A stretch of 64,000 bases of DNA, taken from Acidobacteriota bacterium (GTDB taxonomy: Bacteria; Acidobacteriota; Thermoanaerobaculia; Gp7-AA8). Every line of letters starts with the position of its first letter. Positions within the stretch are counted from its first letter, which is position 1. Shown here in pieces: positions 61,107 through 64,000 of the stretch. A model generated the notes under the pieces. It saw nothing but the letters and a program-made list of their open reading frames with translations, was not told where the DNA came from and did no database searches. A program made the translations under genes and the position numbers. The stretch covers positions 480,001 to 544,000 of the forward strand of contig JAFATB010000023.1 of NCBI GenBank assembly GCA_019244185.1. The letters run 5' to 3'.

Positions 61107-62354
61107 ATGCGACTCCTCGCCGCCGCTCTCGCACTCTTCGCCGCGCAGGTCCTTCTCGCCGCGGAGCCGATTTCGCGGACGATCACCGTGCCGCTCGACT
61201 ACACCAATACCGCGCTCGGCCACGCGGAATTGACGATTGAATTCGGCGCGCCGTTCGACCGCACGAAGCCGACCGTCATCGTCGTCGCCGACGGCCAGCA
61301 GTTCTATCTGCAGCGCGGCTCGGTGGCCGAACTGCAGACGCGGCGCTTCGGCGACGCCTTCAACGTCGTCGGCATCCTCGGCCGCGGCGCGACCGACGCC
61401 TTCATCGCCGCCACGCGCGGCGAGGGCGGGGCGACGGACTGGCGGAAGGCCTGGCAGATCTTCCGCGCCGAACAGTGGATGGGCGACATCGACGCCGTAC
61501 GCCGCGCGCTTGCCGGCGACGACGGCAACTTCTACCTCTTCGGCGCGTCCGGCGGCGCCGATCTCATTCATCAGTTCCTGCTGCGCTACGGGCGGCACGT
61601 GCTGCGCGCCTACACCGGCAGCCCGGGGAACGATGCGCTCGCGCGCGAGCTGCGCCTGCGGGATGAAGGCACGTGGGATGAGCTGAGCAGCGATCCGTCG
61701 CTCGAGGTGAAACTGCAGAAGGTGCTCGCTGACCATCCTGCCGAACGCGCCGCGATCATGACGGCGCTGCAGCGCCAGCATTTCTTCGTCTCCGCCGCCG
61801 ATCTCCCTCGCGAGCGCAGCGCGCTCATCGACGCGCTCGCGCGCTGGGACGTCGCAGCATTTGCGCACGCGCGCGAGACCTATCAGGTCGACGCGATTCT
61901 CGAGCTCGAACGCTCGCCGCGCGGCATCGCCATCGCCGTCCGCGAATTCGAATTCCTTTACGCCTCGGGTACGTACCGGCGGCTCGGTGATGGTCATCTG
62001 CATCCGTCGATCGAAGCCGTGTACACGAGCACGAAACCGCTGATCGAGCTCGCCGAACGCGGCGACATCACGCCGCCGCGGTTCGATCTCACGCCGGCGC
62101 ACGCATTATCGACCGAAGTCTTTTTACTCGCCGCGCGGTGGGACGAGGCGATCGACTACCGCATCTCGATCGCGCTCGCCTACAGCTATCCGCATCACGA
62201 GCTGTTTCTCGCCGACGACAACCACATGTTCGGCAACGCGAAGGCCGGCGAGCTGCAGTCTCGCATCGTGCAGACGTTTCTTCGCTACGGCCTCGGCTCG
62301 CCCGAACTCCGCAAGCTGCTCGACGAGATCGAGTGGTACCGCTGGCACGAGTAG
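61107..62354 (+). CDS. Secreted alpha/beta-hydrolase-fold protein (aminopeptidase-like)
   Basis: Signal peptide; VPLDY, DIDAVRRAL, nucleophile elbow GASGG, candidate Asp (WDEA) and His (DNHM). Confidence 0.7.
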   Translation: MRLLAAALALFAAQVLLAAEPISRTITVPLDYTNTALGHAELTIEFGAPFDRTKPTVIVVADGQQFYLQRGSVAELQTRRFGDAFNVVGILGRGATDAFIAATRGEGGATDWRKAWQIFRAEQWMGDIDAVRRALAGDDGNFYLFGASGGADLIHQFLLRYGRHVLRAYTGSPGNDALARELRLRDEGTWDELSSDPSLEVKLQKVLADHPAERAAIMTALQRQHFFVSAADLPRERSALIDALARWDVAAFAHARETYQVDAILELERSPRGIAIAVREFEFLYASGTYRRLGDGHLHPSIEAVYTSTKPLIELAERGDITPPRFDLTPAHALSTEVFLLAARWDEAIDYRISIALAYSYPHHELFLADDNHMFGNAKAGELQSRIVQTFLRYGLGSPELRKLLDEIEWYRWHE

Positions 62355-62364
62355 CGGTGCGAGC

Positions 62365-63768
62365 TCACGGCTGCGATGCAGGCGGTTCGGGTTCGCTCCA
62401 ACCGCCGCCCAGCGCGCGATACAGATCCACGAGCGCCACGAGCCGGTCGCGCCGCAGTTGCGCGAGTCCCGTCTCCGCGGCGAGCAGCTGTTCCTGCGCG
62501 TCGAGCACCTCGAAGTACGCCGAGAAGCCGGATTCGTAGCGCAGCGTCGCGAGCCGCACGGCATCGCGATCCGACGCCGCGGCTTTCGCGCGCAGCGTCT
62601 CCGCCTCGGCGAGCTTTTCGTTCGACACGAGATCGGTCGACACTTCGCCAAGCGCGGCGGTGATCGCGCGCTCGTACGCGGCGCGCGCTTCGTCGAACTG
62701 CGCGAGCGCGACGCGGCGCTGATTGCGCAGGCGTCCGGCGTTGAAGATCGGTCCGAGCAGGCCCGCCTGCATGCTCCAGGTGTGACCGCCGCCGAGGAGC
62801 GTTGCGAGCTCGGGGCTTTGTCCGCCGAGGAGACCGGTGAGGCTGAGCGTTGGATAGAACGCGGCTTGCGCGACGCCGATGTCGGCATTCGCGGCGATGA
62901 GATTCTGCTCGGCGCCGCGGATGTCGGGACGCCGCAGCAAGAGCGCCGACGGCAGTCCCGCGGGAACGCTCGGCGGCAGCGGCTGTTCGCTCAGCGCGAG
63001 GCCGCGCGGAATCGGAGCGGGCATGCGGCCGAGGAGCAGGTTGAGCTGATTCTCCTTCGCGACGATCGCGCGTTCGAGCAGTGGGATCTGTGCGGATTCG
63101 ACCGCGAGCAACGCTTCGGCGCGTGCGGTGTCGAGTCCGGACGCGGTGCCGCCTTCCGCGCGGCGGCGGAAGAGATCGGCGGTGTTCTGGAACGCGGCCG
63201 TGTTGCGCCGTGCGATCTCGAGCTCGGCGTCGAGCTCGCGCAGATCGAAGTACGCCGACGCGACCTCGGCGATCAGCGACAGCAGCACGCCGCGCCGCGC
63301 TTCTTCGGTGGCGAGGTAGTCGGCGCGCGCGGCTTCGTTGAGGCGGCGGATGCGGCCCCACAGATCCGCTTCCCAGCCGACGTTCACGTTCGCGACGATG
63401 AAGCCGCCGGTGGTGTTGCTCGGCGATGCGAACTCGGACGTATGCCCGTATTCGTAGAGCGCGTTGTAGCCGACGTTCGGATAGCGCAGCGAGCCGGCGA
63501 TGCCGTAACGCGCGCGCGCTTCCTCGACGCGCGCGGCGGCGATGCGCACGTCGAAGCCGTTGCGCAGCGACTCGTCGATGAGCGTGCGCAGCGTCGGGTC
63601 GCGGAAGAGATCGAACCATGCGACGTCGGCGAGCGACGCGGCGTCGGCGGGCGAGGTCGCGCCGTAGAACTGATCCGGCAGCGCGACGTTCGGCCGTTGG
63701 TAGTTCGGGCCGACCGTGCAGGCGGCGAGGAAGATAAGCGCGGGAAGCAGCGAGAGGCGCTTCATCAT
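62365..63768 (-). CDS. Outer-membrane efflux lipoprotein (NodT/OprM family)
   Basis: LAACTVGPNY.RP, WE.DLWGR.RR, GLPS.LL.RRPDI..AE, LYRALGGGW. Confidence 0.93.
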   Translation of the reverse strand: MMKRLSLLPALIFLAACTVGPNYQRPNVALPDQFYGATSPADAASLADVAWFDLFRDPTLRTLIDESLRNGFDVRIAAARVEEARARYGIAGSLRYPNVGYNALYEYGHTSEFASPSNTTGGFIVANVNVGWEADLWGRIRRLNEAARADYLATEEARRGVLLSLIAEVASAYFDLRELDAELEIARRNTAAFQNTADLFRRRAEGGTASGLDTARAEALLAVESAQIPLLERAIVAKENQLNLLLGRMPAPIPRGLALSEQPLPPSVPAGLPSALLLRRPDIRGAEQNLIAANADIGVAQAAFYPTLSLTGLLGGQSPELATLLGGGHTWSMQAGLLGPIFNAGRLRNQRRVALAQFDEARAAYERAITAALGEVSTDLVSNEKLAEAETLRAKAAASDRDAVRLATLRYESGFSAYFEVLDAQEQLLAAETGLAQLRRDRLVALVDLYRALGGGWSEPEPPASQP

Positions 63769-64000
63769 CACTGAACCGCCTCGTGCGACACGTGCGTGTC
63801 GGTGTCGTGCGACAGCTTCGTTTCGAGCTTGCGCTCCTTGCGCGCGATGCGCTCGACGACGACGTACAACGCGGGGATGAGGAAGACGCCGAGGAGCGTC
63901 GCCGCGAGCATGCCGGCGACGACGACCGTGCCGAGGATCTCGCGCGAGGCCGCGCCGGCGCCGGTGGCGATCCAGAGCGGAACGCAGCCGAGGATGAACG
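63768..64000 (-). CDS. C-terminus of an RND efflux permease (partial, runs off window)
   Basis: Own translation: FILGCVPLWIATGAGAASREILGTVVVAGMLAATLLGVFLIPALYVVVE...; TGATG overlap with the OMF gene. Confidence 0.85.
   Translation of the reverse strand, partial: FILGCVPLWIATGAGAASREILGTVVVAGMLAATLLGVFLIPALYVVVERIARKERKLETKLSHDTDTHVSHEAVQ

Overview
High-GC bacterial DNA, densely coded on both strands (about 54 CDS). Gene content and style suggest an Acidobacteriota, Thermoanaerobaculia-like soil genome; this is inference. I found no rRNA, tRNA, CRISPR array, transposase or integrase. Most of the window is envelope, secretion and signalling genes: Ser/Thr kinases, a cobalamin/iron ABC importer, DUF1800/DUF1501, a VPS10/BNR propeller protein with two LolA-like paralogues, PBP1B/pgeF, arfB, GGDEF/HD-GYP/hybrid kinases, S41 proteases, glpK and two RND pumps. 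Six things stand out. (i) A lower-GC two-gene cassette encodes a signal-peptide 'mini-Rhs' (Rhs core without YD shell plus an HExxH tip) and a membrane partner; it sits between the split arms of a heptamer inverted repeat, with an intact empty copy at 2819-2898. (ii) A single DHFR-family gene with its own promoter lies between 69-bp direct repeats containing a perfect palindrome. (iii) An A11 run at a domain junction of a DUF4388 gene looks like a slippage site. (iv) An XRE-HTH/TIR fusion. (v) A DUF4157-HNH toxin-like gene. (vi) A shared CAAGACG-N17/18-TANNNT-N6/7-ATG leaderless promoter upstream of three secreted hydrolases near two AraC genes. All product calls come from motif recognition only; no database searches were run.
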